Source: an uncultured Pseudomonadales bacterium | GTDB taxonomy: Bacteria > Patescibacteriota > Microgenomatia > UBA1400 > PJMF01 | Reading direction: 5' to 3' | Assembly: GCA_964583795.1 (NCBI GenBank) | Contig: CAZOWX010000002.1 | Span: 14,966-78,965, forward strand | DNA length: 64,000 bases | Shown: one piece after another, positions 1 through 9,952 of the stretch | How positions within the stretch are numbered: the first letter of the stretch is position 1 | Layout of the letters: each line of letters opens with the position of its first letter | The notes under the pieces: model-generated | What the model saw: only the letters and a program-made list of their open reading frames with translations | Databases searched by the model: none | What the model was told of the DNA's origin: nothing | Translations under genes and position numbers: made by a program

Positions 1-528
1 GTTTTTGATACGCATTTTCAATTGTTGCACTCAGCGATTTGTTGCCCTTTAGTATCCAAGACAGAGCATCAATCATCGTCATATCTGAAAAGCCTAGACG
101 CAACTTTCCCAAGACGATTCTCACCACATAACGGCATGAAAGCGGGTCCGTTTTTTTAAGCAGTACCGTAAGCTCGTTTACTTTTCGCTCTTGAGATCCT
201 TGACCGTTATCTTCAGCAATTTGAGTGAGCAGTGAAAACACTTCAGAAATAGTGAGTTGGGAGTCTGTTTGCGCTTTTTTTTCCTTAATCATCTGAGCCA
301 CATACCCCAAATCTCCAAGGTTTTTGTACATTTCCAAGACTTCTTTACCATCACCCTGATCATCAGAATCATTCAAAACTCTGGAAATTGCACGCATCAC
401 CATCTTGTCAGATAGCTGAAACTCTTTTGATTCGTAGCGTGCGACCAGTTTTCCTTGCAACAAGTACGACGTTAATTGAATTTCATCGGACTCCAGTTTT
501 TTAAATAAGTCACACAACAAGTTCGTCA
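1..528 (-). CDS. ATP-dependent DNA ligase, N-terminal portion (3' end lies beyond window start)
   Basis: Minus-strand frame open from ATG (complement of 526-528) to position 1; absent from ORF track because truncated. Hand translation MTNLLCDLFKKLESDEIQLTSYLLQGKL...VRIVLGKLRLGFSDMTMIDAL resembles the N-terminal DNA-binding domain of ATP-dependent ligases. Confidence 0.45.
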
Positions 529-695
529 TCTCTAAGCGTTTACTAGTCACTTCAATTTGGGAAAGTAGGTTAGAGAGTTGGGAAAAAAGCATAAGAAAAA
601 TACAAATGAAAATAACGGTTCTGTCAATTATATAGCGAGCTCAATAAGAAAAGGGTGCCAAATTCAGAGAGAAACACTTTTTACAAAAAAACTTA

Positions 696-990
696 AACGT
701 CGTCATCCTCGACCTGACGGTCAAGTCCTGGCCAACGGCAAAGAATTGACGATCAAGCATCGGGGATCCATTTCAACACATGTATTGAAACCGGTATTGA
801 TTTCATGTCTGCTTTATATTGCAAGCTCGCAATGTTATGTAAACAGGCTAAAAAACTGGAAAAATTTTAAGAAAAGAAGAAATAACAATACCAATCGATA
901 TTTTTTAGGGTTTTTTCTGGATCCCCGATGCTCTATTGCACTCTCTTGACCGTTGGTCAGGATTTCGCTGTCGGGTCGAGGATGACAGCC
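696..990. repeat. Two inverted copies (696-776 and 903-990) of a ~75-bp hairpin element (GTCATCCTCGACC...GTCGAGCATCGGGGATCC); third copy at 23913-23985
   Basis: Direct sequence comparison; ORFs 578..949 and 835..1053 are translations of these copies (shared ...HPRPD...HRGS peptide). Confidence 0.7.
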
Positions 991-997
991 ATCCCAG

Positions 998-1068
998 CAC
1001 CTGACACCTGCTGTGCCCGCCGTAGCAAAGTGCGAAGGAGGGACACCTGACACCTGACACCTGACACC
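998..1068. repeat. Tandem CACCTGACA-type repeat (about 5 units)
   Basis: cacctgacacctg...cacctgacacctgacacctgacacc seen directly; related CTGACAC units again at 39575-39630. Confidence 0.7.
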
Positions 1069-1077
1069 TAGAATATT

Positions 1078-2172
1078 CTAACCAGCCAGCGTATACTTCA
1101 CCCCCTTCGTCACCCCATGCTTCTCAATGATCCCTTTATCCATCAAGTCTTTGAGGTCACGAAGAATCGTATCAACACTCACATTCGGCAAGATCTTAGC
1201 GGCATCTTGGCTCATGATTTCACCCTGTTTTTGTACCAGCTCAAAAAGCATAATCTGACGCTCAGAAAGGGCGATTTGACGCCCTAAGCGGCTTTGCAAC
1301 TGCAAATCTTTGGAAAGCTTCAACACTTGCTGCTTCACTCGATCAAGCTCAATCGCTAAACCATAGCAAAAATACTCCAACCAATACGTCAAGTCATTTT
1401 GCTCATTTTGCTGCACCGACAAAATCGCGTTGTAATACCCTTCAACATCACTATCAAAATATGATTCGAGTGATAAAAAGCGCTTGAAGTCATAGTTCTC
1501 AGCATAGAGCACCAACATTGCAAGCGCTCGTGCCGTTCGGCCATTGCCTTCGATAAATGGGTGGATTCGCACCAATTCATAATGAGTCAGTGCTGCTCGA
1601 AATACCGGGTGAAGTTTCCGACCTTCTTCACTATTTAGCCATTCCAAAAACTCTTCAATTAAAAAGGGGATTTCTACAGAAACTGGAGGACGAAAAGCGA
1701 TTTGGCCGGTTTGGACACTACGAACAACGACTTGTTGTTTGCGATACTGACCAACTTGTTCATCAGTCAAAATTCGCTGCGTGGTAAGCGCATGAAGCGT
1801 TTGCAAAATTTCCTCTGAGTAGACTACTTCTTTACCCACAAAATCTTGCCATTGATCAAGCCACTCCAAAACGCTTCGATAGTTGATCACTTCTTGAACA
1901 TCACGATCTTTTGCCACTATTCCGGAGCGCATTTTGGCCGACTCGACATCACCAATATCATCAAGTCGAACAAGTTGTTCGGTTTGTTCTTGAGTGAGAT
2001 CATTTCCCTCTAAGTGCGTTCCATGAAATACTGTTCGGGCTCTGGCTTCATCTCGAAATTTACTTTCCCAGGCAGGAACAATTGGTGAGTGCTCAATTAG
2101 CGCCTTTGCCGCCTCAATGCGAGAGACGTACAGCAGTAAGTTGTTGGTGATGGTGAACTTGGGTTGAAACAT
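1078..2172 (-). CDS. Fic/Doc family protein (AMPylator-type) with C-terminal HTH-like region
   Basis: Canonical Fic motif HPFIEGNGRTARAL; start chosen at MFQPKFTIT (ATG 2172); track ORF extends to 2187. Confidence 0.8.
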   Translation of the reverse strand: MFQPKFTITNNLLLYVSRIEAAKALIEHSPIVPAWESKFRDEARARTVFHGTHLEGNDLTQEQTEQLVRLDDIGDVESAKMRSGIVAKDRDVQEVINYRSVLEWLDQWQDFVGKEVVYSEEILQTLHALTTQRILTDEQVGQYRKQQVVVRSVQTGQIAFRPPVSVEIPFLIEEFLEWLNSEEGRKLHPVFRAALTHYELVRIHPFIEGNGRTARALAMLVLYAENYDFKRFLSLESYFDSDVEGYYNAILSVQQNEQNDLTYWLEYFCYGLAIELDRVKQQVLKLSKDLQLQSRLGRQIALSERQIMLFELVQKQGEIMSQDAAKILPNVSVDTILRDLKDLMDKGIIEKHGVTKGVKYTLAG

Positions 2173-2391
2173 ATCACACCTCGTCATCCCGATGAAAATC
2201 GGAATCTGATCGAGGAAAACGTTATTCTTTTATTAACAAAGACATGTTGTGTGTGGTTCGGTTGTAGGGTTGTTGCACATGTCTCCACACATAACAACAC
2301 AACGATACAACAACTTAACAACTTCCACAGGATATTGTCGCATATTTTGCAGGAAAAAGGAAGTGGGCCTACACTTTGCACTTAATTGGGA

Positions 2392-5300
2392 TTAAAAACA
2401 CGAACCATAGTGAACTCTTTGGTCTGTATACGAGGTGTAATCTTTTTCTTTCAAAGCATGCCATAATCTCCATACATATTCACCCTGGGTAGGACATTCA
2501 TTCCAAACTCTTCCATATTCATTAAACGAATTATTTCGAACTGCAAAGGCTTTGACAAAATTATCCTCATTGTCATATTGCCCATTTGCCCCAATTGCAT
2601 TGAGCAACCGACAAGCAGCATCAGCTGCAGCATATACGTTTGTTGGGCTACAAGTGGTTTCTGACGCCGGATTACGACAATCAAAGTGGTCTCCATCTTG
2701 CGATACGAAATTTGAAGTTGCCGGTGGTTTTGTATAAAACGCAATTTTCCAAGCATCGTACACCCAATTTAATGCAGTAAATTGCCAAACACCTCGAGCA
2801 GAAGCATAGTTGGGATTCTGATGGTTAGTGTATGATTGGCTCTCACTGTGGGCCGTCGCAATCACCAAATATGGATCACACCCATGCTTCGCTCCCGCCG
2901 CATTAGCAGCATCAACAACAAGCTGAGGCGGAATCGTAAAATTAAGATAGCTATCATTCCAATATTGAATACGAAACTCTTCAAATCCAGTTGCTGGAGC
3001 ACCTAAATCAGTATTCGACGGAATACTATTATCCCCAATTGCCTGCCCTCGGCTCTGGCAGTGCAATAAAAAGTCCTCAGTATTTTTCTTTGGGTCAGTC
3101 ACTGCTCTGGCACACTCCAACAGATTCTGACCAGCCGATGAAACTTGCTGGACTACAGCTCTCGTCGAGTGGTTGAAAATTTTCGCTAGCCAGGGAATTC
3201 TGGCACTAACTTGCGGAGGCTCTTGACTCAGGTAAATCTCATCGCGTACTTCTTTTGGTTGGTACACCACATGCGTCTCTCCATCGACAGTAACTTCAGT
3301 GGGTTCATTGTACCCAACAATGTCCGGGTCACTGGCTAGGGAACTGCCAAAAATAGACTCAAACGTTGTTAAGTAATCACCGTCATCTTGAAACTGCCCT
3401 GATTGCTGCGCTTGTGCAAACAAAGCATCAAACGCTTCTGCCACATACTTGGTGCGAAATCCATGTGGTGTCACATTGTAAATCACAGTTTGTGGCTGAG
3501 GAGTGCGGTTTCCCACCACGCTATTCCCTTTATCTCGGTACTCTTGAATCTTGATCTTGTTTTCTGCACTGCTAATCGGTTTTCCACCTTTCATAGCAGC
3601 CGCTTGATCAGGATCAGTATCGTTGGGCGCGAGTTGAGAACCAATCCGTGAGCCGGACTCAGCGTCTTCTGTTATCGGATGCGTACACGCATCGGTGAGC
3701 TGCGCTTGTGCATACGCGTTGATAAAGTTAATCAAACCTTTTTCAAGTGGGCGGTTGCATTCGGGATCAAAACAGCGAATAACTGGAATTGGTGAAGGAT
3801 CATCACTTGCAGCTTGCAAGTTGGTTCTATTTTGATCCCACACTTTCTTTACATCGAGTTGTACTTGTTGGGGCGTAAAAACATTTACTGTGCGAGTGAT
3901 TACATCATCCACTGCCCCAGGTTCTCCCTCTTTAAAGTCAGTAATGGTATCGGGAACGTGGTACACCAAAAAATCCACAACATGGTCACTTTGCTCGTTA
4001 ATAGCGACACCTGGACGAATTTGCTGGCTAGGATTATCAGGAGAGATCGCGTGTTTGGTCGCATCTTTATCAATTTCAGTCACTAACACCAAAAATGCTG
4101 GCCGATAGGCAGTCTCCTGGTACAAATCCACTCGGGACATCTCGTTTGCAAGTCTTTGCTCTTGTTCGGATGGCGCTTGCCCCTCCTCTTGCGGTTGAAA
4201 CACGTTTTTACAAATATCCGGGTGTGCACTCACTTCACCCGCCAACTGTCCATACGTTTTTTCTGTCCCATAAATTTTACGTGTCGTGAGGGCACAATCA
4301 CCACTTGGGTCAGCTTCTTTGCAAATATCGACCGAAGCCTTGAGCACTTCTTGCTCAGCCAAACACAACGAGTACAAAGAAGATAGCTTGTAAAACGGCC
4401 CCTGGTGAAGACCGTTGATCTCATCTGGCGTTTGATTCAGATACTCCCCTTGTCCTCCTGGAGTATGCAGAGACGGATTGTTCGCACCAAACCACTGTTC
4501 AACCGACTCAAATCGATTGGTGAATTCTCGTTTTTTCTGATCGTTAGTCAAAGAGTAATCGTATGCTCGCCATTTGACCTCATTCTCGTTTCTCAGTACT
4601 CCAAAGATGCGGTTGACACCAGTGCTAGAAACACCAAATGTGGCACTTGGTTCAAACAAACAGGCAGTAGAATCAATGGCGTTTCGACAACTTTCTCGTT
4701 GATAAAAAATCAATCGCTCGATCGTCCCGGAACCACCATTTCTCGTTTGATAATCCGCTGGATTCGAACACGTCATCGAGTAATCACTGAGCAACTTGTT
4801 GGTAATATCATCTGCACTCGAGCTAACCGAGTAAAACGGATAAATAAAACGCTTGTAGTAATCGCCAGCTGGGGGAAGTCCGGTATGCCCAGTACTTTTG
4901 TCACACGTTGCCGGATCGATCTCATTTCCTTGCGCGTCGTAAATTTTCCCGTTGATGTAATACAGCCAGGAATCACTGGCACTGTCACATTTATTGGGGA
5001 CCAAGGTCGTAGCAATCTTCCCATCAGGAGGAGTGTGTGATTTGTAAAAAGTCAGATGCTGTTGCAGCGATTTCGCTGGATCTGGACCATACTCAGTGAA
5101 CGCCGCCACATTGGCGCCATTGTTTGGGTAATTTTTATAGCTATCCAACCCACTGGTTCCTAATTCATACACATTCGCAACAACGGTGCCTCCATAAACC
5201 CCAGACTCTGTTATGAACGTCGAAAAATCAGGATAGACACTATTATACATATCGAGCGGAGCTGGCACCGGAGTGTATTTGGCAGTTGCAGCCGCATTTT

Positions 5301-5814
5301 TGAAAGTGGTGAAAAACCCACCATACTCTCTCGCTGCGGTTGTCGTCTGATCGGGACAAGCAGTTGAACACAACTTCCACTCTTTATCGAGGTTGTTCAC
5401 TTCATTGCCAAATACAACCAAAGTCCCTGGTTTAATGGCTGAATTATTGAGCTTTTCAGCAATTGCGGAAGCAGTACCACTGTTTAAACTCGCATTGTGA
5501 TCGACACCGACAATGCGCACAATCTTGGTTAGCCCATCTGAAGCATTTAAGACGCTATTAATTTGATCTGCGGTATCATTGATACCTATCATCACAGTAA
5601 TAGTCGTACCACCTTTATTTTTGACCAACTCGGCAATTTTGATGTTATTGCCGTAGTCAAAAAACCCCGCATGTGTCCCTATTGCAGTGTTTGAACTCGA
5701 GGTATTTTGTTGGGCATTGGAAAAAAGCGGAAAACCCAGCGAACCAACAACTCTCACCACAGCCACAACTCCCAGAAGTACCACTAACGCAGTAATCAAA
5801 CCGTTTCTCCGCAT
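2392..5814 (-). CDS. Large secreted/membrane-anchored multidomain protein; C-terminus possibly lytic transglycosylase (SLT)/lysozyme-like
   Basis: Long ORF; N-terminal signal/TM MRRNGLITALVVLLGVVAVV; C-terminal ATAHSESQ...ARGVWQF...YAAADAA resembles SLT motifs ES / GLMQ / AYNAG. The track ORF start (5970) runs through a heptamer DNA repeat, so start set at ATG 5814 (alternative 5883). Confidence 0.5.
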   Translation of the reverse strand: MRRNGLITALVVLLGVVAVVRVVGSLGFPLFSNAQQNTSSSNTAIGTHAGFFDYGNNIKIAELVKNKGGTTITVMIGINDTADQINSVLNASDGLTKIVRIVGVDHNASLNSGTASAIAEKLNNSAIKPGTLVVFGNEVNNLDKEWKLCSTACPDQTTTAAREYGGFFTTFKNAAATAKYTPVPAPLDMYNSVYPDFSTFITESGVYGGTVVANVYELGTSGLDSYKNYPNNGANVAAFTEYGPDPAKSLQQHLTFYKSHTPPDGKIATTLVPNKCDSASDSWLYYINGKIYDAQGNEIDPATCDKSTGHTGLPPAGDYYKRFIYPFYSVSSSADDITNKLLSDYSMTCSNPADYQTRNGGSGTIERLIFYQRESCRNAIDSTACLFEPSATFGVSSTGVNRIFGVLRNENEVKWRAYDYSLTNDQKKREFTNRFESVEQWFGANNPSLHTPGGQGEYLNQTPDEINGLHQGPFYKLSSLYSLCLAEQEVLKASVDICKEADPSGDCALTTRKIYGTEKTYGQLAGEVSAHPDICKNVFQPQEEGQAPSEQEQRLANEMSRVDLYQETAYRPAFLVLVTEIDKDATKHAISPDNPSQQIRPGVAINEQSDHVVDFLVYHVPDTITDFKEGEPGAVDDVITRTVNVFTPQQVQLDVKKVWDQNRTNLQAASDDPSPIPVIRCFDPECNRPLEKGLINFINAYAQAQLTDACTHPITEDAESGSRIGSQLAPNDTDPDQAAAMKGGKPISSAENKIKIQEYRDKGNSVVGNRTPQPQTVIYNVTPHGFRTKYVAEAFDALFAQAQQSGQFQDDGDYLTTFESIFGSSLASDPDIVGYNEPTEVTVDGETHVVYQPKEVRDEIYLSQEPPQVSARIPWLAKIFNHSTRAVVQQVSSAGQNLLECARAVTDPKKNTEDFLLHCQSRGQAIGDNSIPSNTDLGAPATGFEEFRIQYWNDSYLNFTIPPQLVVDAANAAGAKHGCDPYLVIATAHSESQSYTNHQNPNYASARGVWQFTALNWVYDAWKIAFYTKPPATSNFVSQDGDHFDCRNPASETTCSPTNVYAAADAACRLLNAIGANGQYDNEDNFVKAFAVRNNSFNEYGRVWNECPTQGEYVWRLWHALKEKDYTSYTDQRVHYGSCF

Positions 5815-5898
5815 GGCTATATTATACGATAGGGGGGAAGAAGTTGGGAGTCGGAAGTTGATTTGTTGATTAGACTTGTTCATCAGGATACGGTAGTT

Positions 5899-5940
5899 AC
5901 CCAGTACCCAGTACCCAATACCCAATACCCAATACCCAAA
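5899..5940. repeat. Heptanucleotide tandem repeat (CCCAGTA/CCCAATA) x about 6 at the 5' end/upstream of the large surface protein gene
   Basis: acccagtacccagtacccaatacccaatacccaatacccaaa seen directly. Confidence 0.8.
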
Positions 5941-5941
5941 T

Positions 5942-6391
5942 CTAACACACCCCACCGAAACAGATGTCAAAGATTTTGATGGTACTTACTCCAGTAAATC
6001 TGGCAATGAAGTCTAATATAATCCAAGAACTTAGTGAGACAATCAACCCAATAATGGCATACGTCAAAGTGTTTTTCCCGCCTTCCACTCCTTTTGAGTT
6101 GCCTCCGGAGAGTAAATACTGGAACGAACCAACGATCATCATCACAAATCCAGCAAATCCAATCCCACTGATCGCCACGGCCAAAACATTTCCCACTATT
6201 CCCTCGATAGCATGGATGGTAAGGACTCCACCTTCGTCTACACCTTGAGTTTCAGGATTATCAACGCTCACATACCCCTTGTTCGGGTCATCAAGTGGTT
6301 TTATTTGTTGGGCATTTGCTTGAGTCGGGGCACCAACAACGAACACCATCATCCCTACAATGAGCACAAGTTTGTATATCGATTTGAACAT
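5942..6391 (-). CDS. VirB2/TrbC-like pilin family protein (paralog 1 of 7)
   Basis: Signal peptide plus two hydrophobic helices around a GG...GGNSKGVEGGK loop; same architecture and motifs as the six tandem genes at 9444-11860. Confidence 0.5.
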   Translation of the reverse strand: MFKSIYKLVLIVGMMVFVVGAPTQANAQQIKPLDDPNKGYVSVDNPETQGVDEGGVLTIHAIEGIVGNVLAVAISGIGFAGFVMMIVGSFQYLLSGGNSKGVEGGKNTLTYAIIGLIVSLSSWIILDFIARFTGVSTIKIFDICFGGVC

Positions 6392-6446
6392 AATGGAATT
6401 ATAATACACAAAAGCCTTGAAGCGAAATACCCCTCTTTAAAAAAGC

Positions 6447-7664
6447 ATGACCCCTACACAAATTCACCATATATTGCCATTTTTGAAAGGACTGAAGTCC
6501 GATCGTGTATTTATTAAATCATTTATTTTTTTTGTGTTGCTCAACACGGGAATTTATCTCAATATAGTAACCTTCCATTCAATTATTCCTCATGGAGATT
6601 CTACAGCTCAAATGCATCACTTTTTACTTGACTACAGAGCTACGCACACACCATTTAGCCTACTACGATCACTTAATCAAACAGATGCCCAATGGTACAT
6701 AGGCATTGCTACTCATGGATATCCAACTCCCCCTAATAATATTTACGACTTCACAGACACAAGCAAATTTAGCAGTTTGGCATTCGCTTTTTTTCCAGTT
6801 TTCCCGCTTCTGATCGCTCTCGTTAACTTAGCGGTACATAACATAGAGCTCTCTGCTTTTATCTTGAATAGTCTCTTTTTGATTGCTGGTTTTGTGAGTC
6901 TTTATGGATTGATTCGAACATTTGGATACAGCGCAATAATCAGCGCAAAAACCTGTCTGTTTTTCTTCTTTTATCCTTTTTCATTTTATTTTCGAAGTTA
7001 CTTTACTGAACCGCTCTTCTTATTACTGCTCATTTGGTTCTACTATTTTTTTACTCAAAAAAAATATATCTTCGCAGCCGTTTTGCTATCGGTGCTAACC
7101 GTAACGAGAGGATCAATCATACTTTTTTTACCGTTTTTCTGGTTACTCACTTTTCAGGACACTGAAAATCTCATGAAGTCACTGGCAATTGTCACGGTTA
7201 CAGTATTACCACTGGGAGCGTGGTCAATCTTTAACTTTGCTCAAACGGGTGATCCACTGTACTTTTTACATATCAGAGATTTGTGGATTCCCTCAGATAT
7301 TCCTTTTCGAAGTTCGATTATTTTTAATATCGCGGTTATCGCAAGTTTTTTTGACTTTCCCATCTTGTTCAGTACATTTAATAAAACGGATATTTTACTC
7401 ATCTTTGCATATGGGTTCCTACTATTAAAGTCCAGAGAAGTAGCTTCAAAAAAAATCTGGATCTCTAATATTTTTCTTTGGCTCTCACCACTCATTTTTG
7501 CCAGTACGATGTCTTTTAACCGTTATTTGTCAGTCATCTTCCAACCATATCTTTATATCGTCAAAAAATTTCCAGACTGGCTATTGAGTCTTACTTTTGT
7601 TTTACAATATATCATTCTCAATATTTTTGTTTTGTTCTTTATTAATGGACATTGGATTGGATAA
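6447..7664 (+). CDS. Polytopic membrane protein, possible GT-C fold glycosyltransferase (ArnT/PMT-like)
   Basis: 405 aa, about 10 predicted TM helices, F/L/I/Y rich, AT-rich gene; family assignment tentative. Confidence 0.35.
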   Translation: MTPTQIHHILPFLKGLKSDRVFIKSFIFFVLLNTGIYLNIVTFHSIIPHGDSTAQMHHFLLDYRATHTPFSLLRSLNQTDAQWYIGIATHGYPTPPNNIYDFTDTSKFSSLAFAFFPVFPLLIALVNLAVHNIELSAFILNSLFLIAGFVSLYGLIRTFGYSAIISAKTCLFFFFYPFSFYFRSYFTEPLFLLLLIWFYYFFTQKKYIFAAVLLSVLTVTRGSIILFLPFFWLLTFQDTENLMKSLAIVTVTVLPLGAWSIFNFAQTGDPLYFLHIRDLWIPSDIPFRSSIIFNIAVIASFFDFPILFSTFNKTDILLIFAYGFLLLKSREVASKKIWISNIFLWLSPLIFASTMSFNRYLSVIFQPYLYIVKKFPDWLLSLTFVLQYIILNIFVLFFINGHWIG

Positions 7665-9265
7665 TTATGAATTATTTTCAAAAATTAGCGCTAATAATCC
7701 TCAATCACATCCATGAGAGCTTTTCTCAAATGTGGTTTGACTTCTCAAAAACCAGGATTTTTTGTTTCGGAATTGATTTCTTACCCGTTTGGATTTTACT
7801 CTTCAATCTTATTTTTCACTTGCTCATTACCATTAACATTGCCAGTCTCAACTATGATGAGTTTATTTTACTTTCCATTAGCAAACAACCCACGCACGAG
7901 TTCTTTAACACCATACAAGCTGAGCCACATCCTCTAGGATTCTACTTATTATTGCGATTGTTTCAACTCACTCACTTCAGCACATCACAAATAAGAATTA
8001 TCCTTACTGCGTTTTTTCACAGCGTGTTACTGTTTACAACAATTTTCGCCTACAAATCAAAACTCATTGAAAAATTCAATGCAAAGCTTGGTCTTTCCTT
8101 AGTTTTTACTTCGTTTGTCATCTTTCAGGTTGGTATACAAGTTAAACAAGACGTCGTTTCATTTCCTCTCTTTTTCGTGTTTTTTGTCTCCTCATTTTGT
8201 TTGGCTTTTCTGAAAACAAGACATCCACAGGTACTCAAAAGTGTCTCTTTTTTCTCAGTTACTTTGCTTTTATTTTTTAGTTATATCTACTTATTATTCT
8301 CAAGCATTACCATACTATTGTTCCTAGTTTTTGCAATGAAAAAAAAGGCCGCTAATGGAACGTTTTTTTTCTGTACACTCATTGTTTTAACAATAAGTTC
8401 ATTGTTCTATTTTTATGCTTACGGTCATTATCAGATTGAAAATAATTACTTGCAAAAAAATCGATTTTTGTGGACACAAACAGTTCCTAATAGTTTTATA
8501 GCAGGAATTCCTGGTTCAATCGCAGGAGCGCAACTTGACGGCCCTATCGGAGATGCTTTTACGATCATCTTTATTGTCTTGTTTTTTACTGCAATCAAGC
8601 AAAATCGGAAATCATCAGAAACTGCACACAGATGGGTTTTGGCAGCCTTTCTCATTTTTCTCTTGACGACCTCGTTTTCACGATTGTTTGTTCAGGACCG
8701 ATACAGTGTCCCAGTATTTATGGTGTTTATGTTTATTTGTGGATCAGTGGTCGGGATTAAGTTACGTCAATCATTGATCTGGATACTTCTTTTCGTGCTT
8801 TACATTCGTTCGGCAACTGTTATTTTATCAGCTTCAGATAACACTCGTTCGTTTGAAACACTTGCACGTGTTTTATCAGAAGTATCTCAAAATCAAAAAA
8901 CAGGGTTACTGTCTAACTTGCCCGGCGGAGGTTTATATCTCAAAGTTCGATTTGCACCAAAACTACCGCAGATTATTCCACTTAGCACTTCAAAAAACTC
9001 GGCACTCATCCCAAAACCAATATTTAATCATCAATATTTAAGCGAGTCAGCTGAAAGCATAGAAAAAACCAGTTCTGACCTCCAGGCTGACTTTCGATCG
9101 CTTCAATTTTCTCAGTTTGTGCTAGTTGACTCATACAGCAGTGCCTACAGCTTTTATGACCCTGAACACCGAACTAAATCTGCTCTCGCTAGTATGTGTA
9201 CTAAAAACGATGAACTCGTCCAGTTTAATTCAGTTGACGTAGTTTTGTTTTCTGATTGTCAATAA
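7652..9265 (+). CDS. Polytopic membrane protein, possible GT-C glycosyltransferase with C-terminal soluble domain
   Basis: 537 aa; multiple TM helices in N-terminal two thirds; overlaps upstream gene by 13 nt (likely operon). Confidence 0.35.
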   Translation: MDWIIMNYFQKLALIILNHIHESFSQMWFDFSKTRIFCFGIDFLPVWILLFNLIFHLLITINIASLNYDEFILLSISKQPTHEFFNTIQAEPHPLGFYLLLRLFQLTHFSTSQIRIILTAFFHSVLLFTTIFAYKSKLIEKFNAKLGLSLVFTSFVIFQVGIQVKQDVVSFPLFFVFFVSSFCLAFLKTRHPQVLKSVSFFSVTLLLFFSYIYLLFSSITILLFLVFAMKKKAANGTFFFCTLIVLTISSLFYFYAYGHYQIENNYLQKNRFLWTQTVPNSFIAGIPGSIAGAQLDGPIGDAFTIIFIVLFFTAIKQNRKSSETAHRWVLAAFLIFLLTTSFSRLFVQDRYSVPVFMVFMFICGSVVGIKLRQSLIWILLFVLYIRSATVILSASDNTRSFETLARVLSEVSQNQKTGLLSNLPGGGLYLKVRFAPKLPQIIPLSTSKNSALIPKPIFNHQYLSESAESIEKTSSDLQADFRSLQFSQFVLVDSYSSAYSFYDPEHRTKSALASMCTKNDELVQFNSVDVVLFSDCQ

Positions 9266-9395
9266 GCTCATTGTTAAAGCAAATAAAGTTGATACAGTTT
9301 CACTGCATAAACAGAGCTGCATAGTGTCTATGATAGGCATTATTAAACTGTTCAATTTATCTAATACTTCTTAAAAAGATCTACCATGTAAACAA

Positions 9396-9424
9396 AAACC
9401 CCCTCTTTTGAGGGGGTTGGATTT
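9396..9424 (-). terminator. Rho-independent terminator downstream of pilin gene 9444..9845
   Basis: Minus-strand hairpin ccccctcaaaagaggggg followed by a T-run (plus strand aaaaaccccctcttttgagggggtt). Confidence 0.6.
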
Positions 9425-9443
9425 CAAAATCGAACAGAAAAAC

Positions 9444-9845
9444 TTATTCAAACGCCTTTGGTATAGCAAAGTTGCCTTTAAATGGATCGTCCACACCCAA
9501 GAAAGAGATCACCAACAAGAAGATTGCATACGAGGCAGCAACCACAGCTAAACCAATTACTGCAGCAGTGATTTTATTTCTTGCCTCTTCAGTCTTGCCT
9601 TTATCGCCGCCTGAAGTAATCCATTGAATTCCACCCCAAACCAAGTAAGCAAATACGAGCAAAGCAGCGACAAACATCACCATATTGAGTAAACCGGTAA
9701 TCAATTTTCCAAAATCCTGAATCTTAAAACCACCTTTACTTAAATCAATTGAAATTGACTCAACTTGTGCAAAAGCTGTAGTAACAGCAGTCAAACTGCT
9801 AGCAGCCACCGAAGTCAGGGCGATTACTTTTTTGGGCAAATTCAT
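9444..9845 (-). CDS. VirB2/TrbC-like pilin family protein (paralog 2)
   Basis: Signal peptide; LVWGGIQWITSGGDKGKTEEARNKITAAVIGLAVV motif shared by all paralogs. Confidence 0.55.
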   Translation of the reverse strand: MNLPKKVIALTSVAASSLTAVTTAFAQVESISIDLSKGGFKIQDFGKLITGLLNMVMFVAALLVFAYLVWGGIQWITSGGDKGKTEEARNKITAAVIGLAVVAASYAIFLLVISFLGVDDPFKGNFAIPKAFE

Positions 9846-9952
9846 ATATACCTTTCATTCACCATGTTTATGGATAAACGATTATTGTAAATATCTGAGC
9901 TTCTCTAGCTTATATTTTACCCTGTACGACTTCAAGAGTCAAATTGAACAAA

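Noticed and set aside
578-1053. ORFs 578..949 (+) and 835..1053 (-) in the ORF track
   Set aside because: Both are translations of inverted copies of the ~75-bp hairpin repeat (shared ...HPRPD...HRGS peptides) and the CACCTGACA tandem; no independent coding evidence.
2451-5040. Numerous 60-210-aa ORFs on either strand inside the 2392..5814 gene (e.g. 4405..5040 +)
   Set aside because: Antisense or overlapping frames within a long, well-supported ORF; no motifs; typical spurious ORFs.
5815-5970. N-terminal extension of the large protein (MTSVSVGCVRFGYWVLGIGYWVLG...)
   Set aside because: GYWVLG repeats are the heptamer DNA repeat translated; the signal-peptide-like MRRNGLITALVVLL begins at the internal ATG 5814, so the extension is probably not translated.
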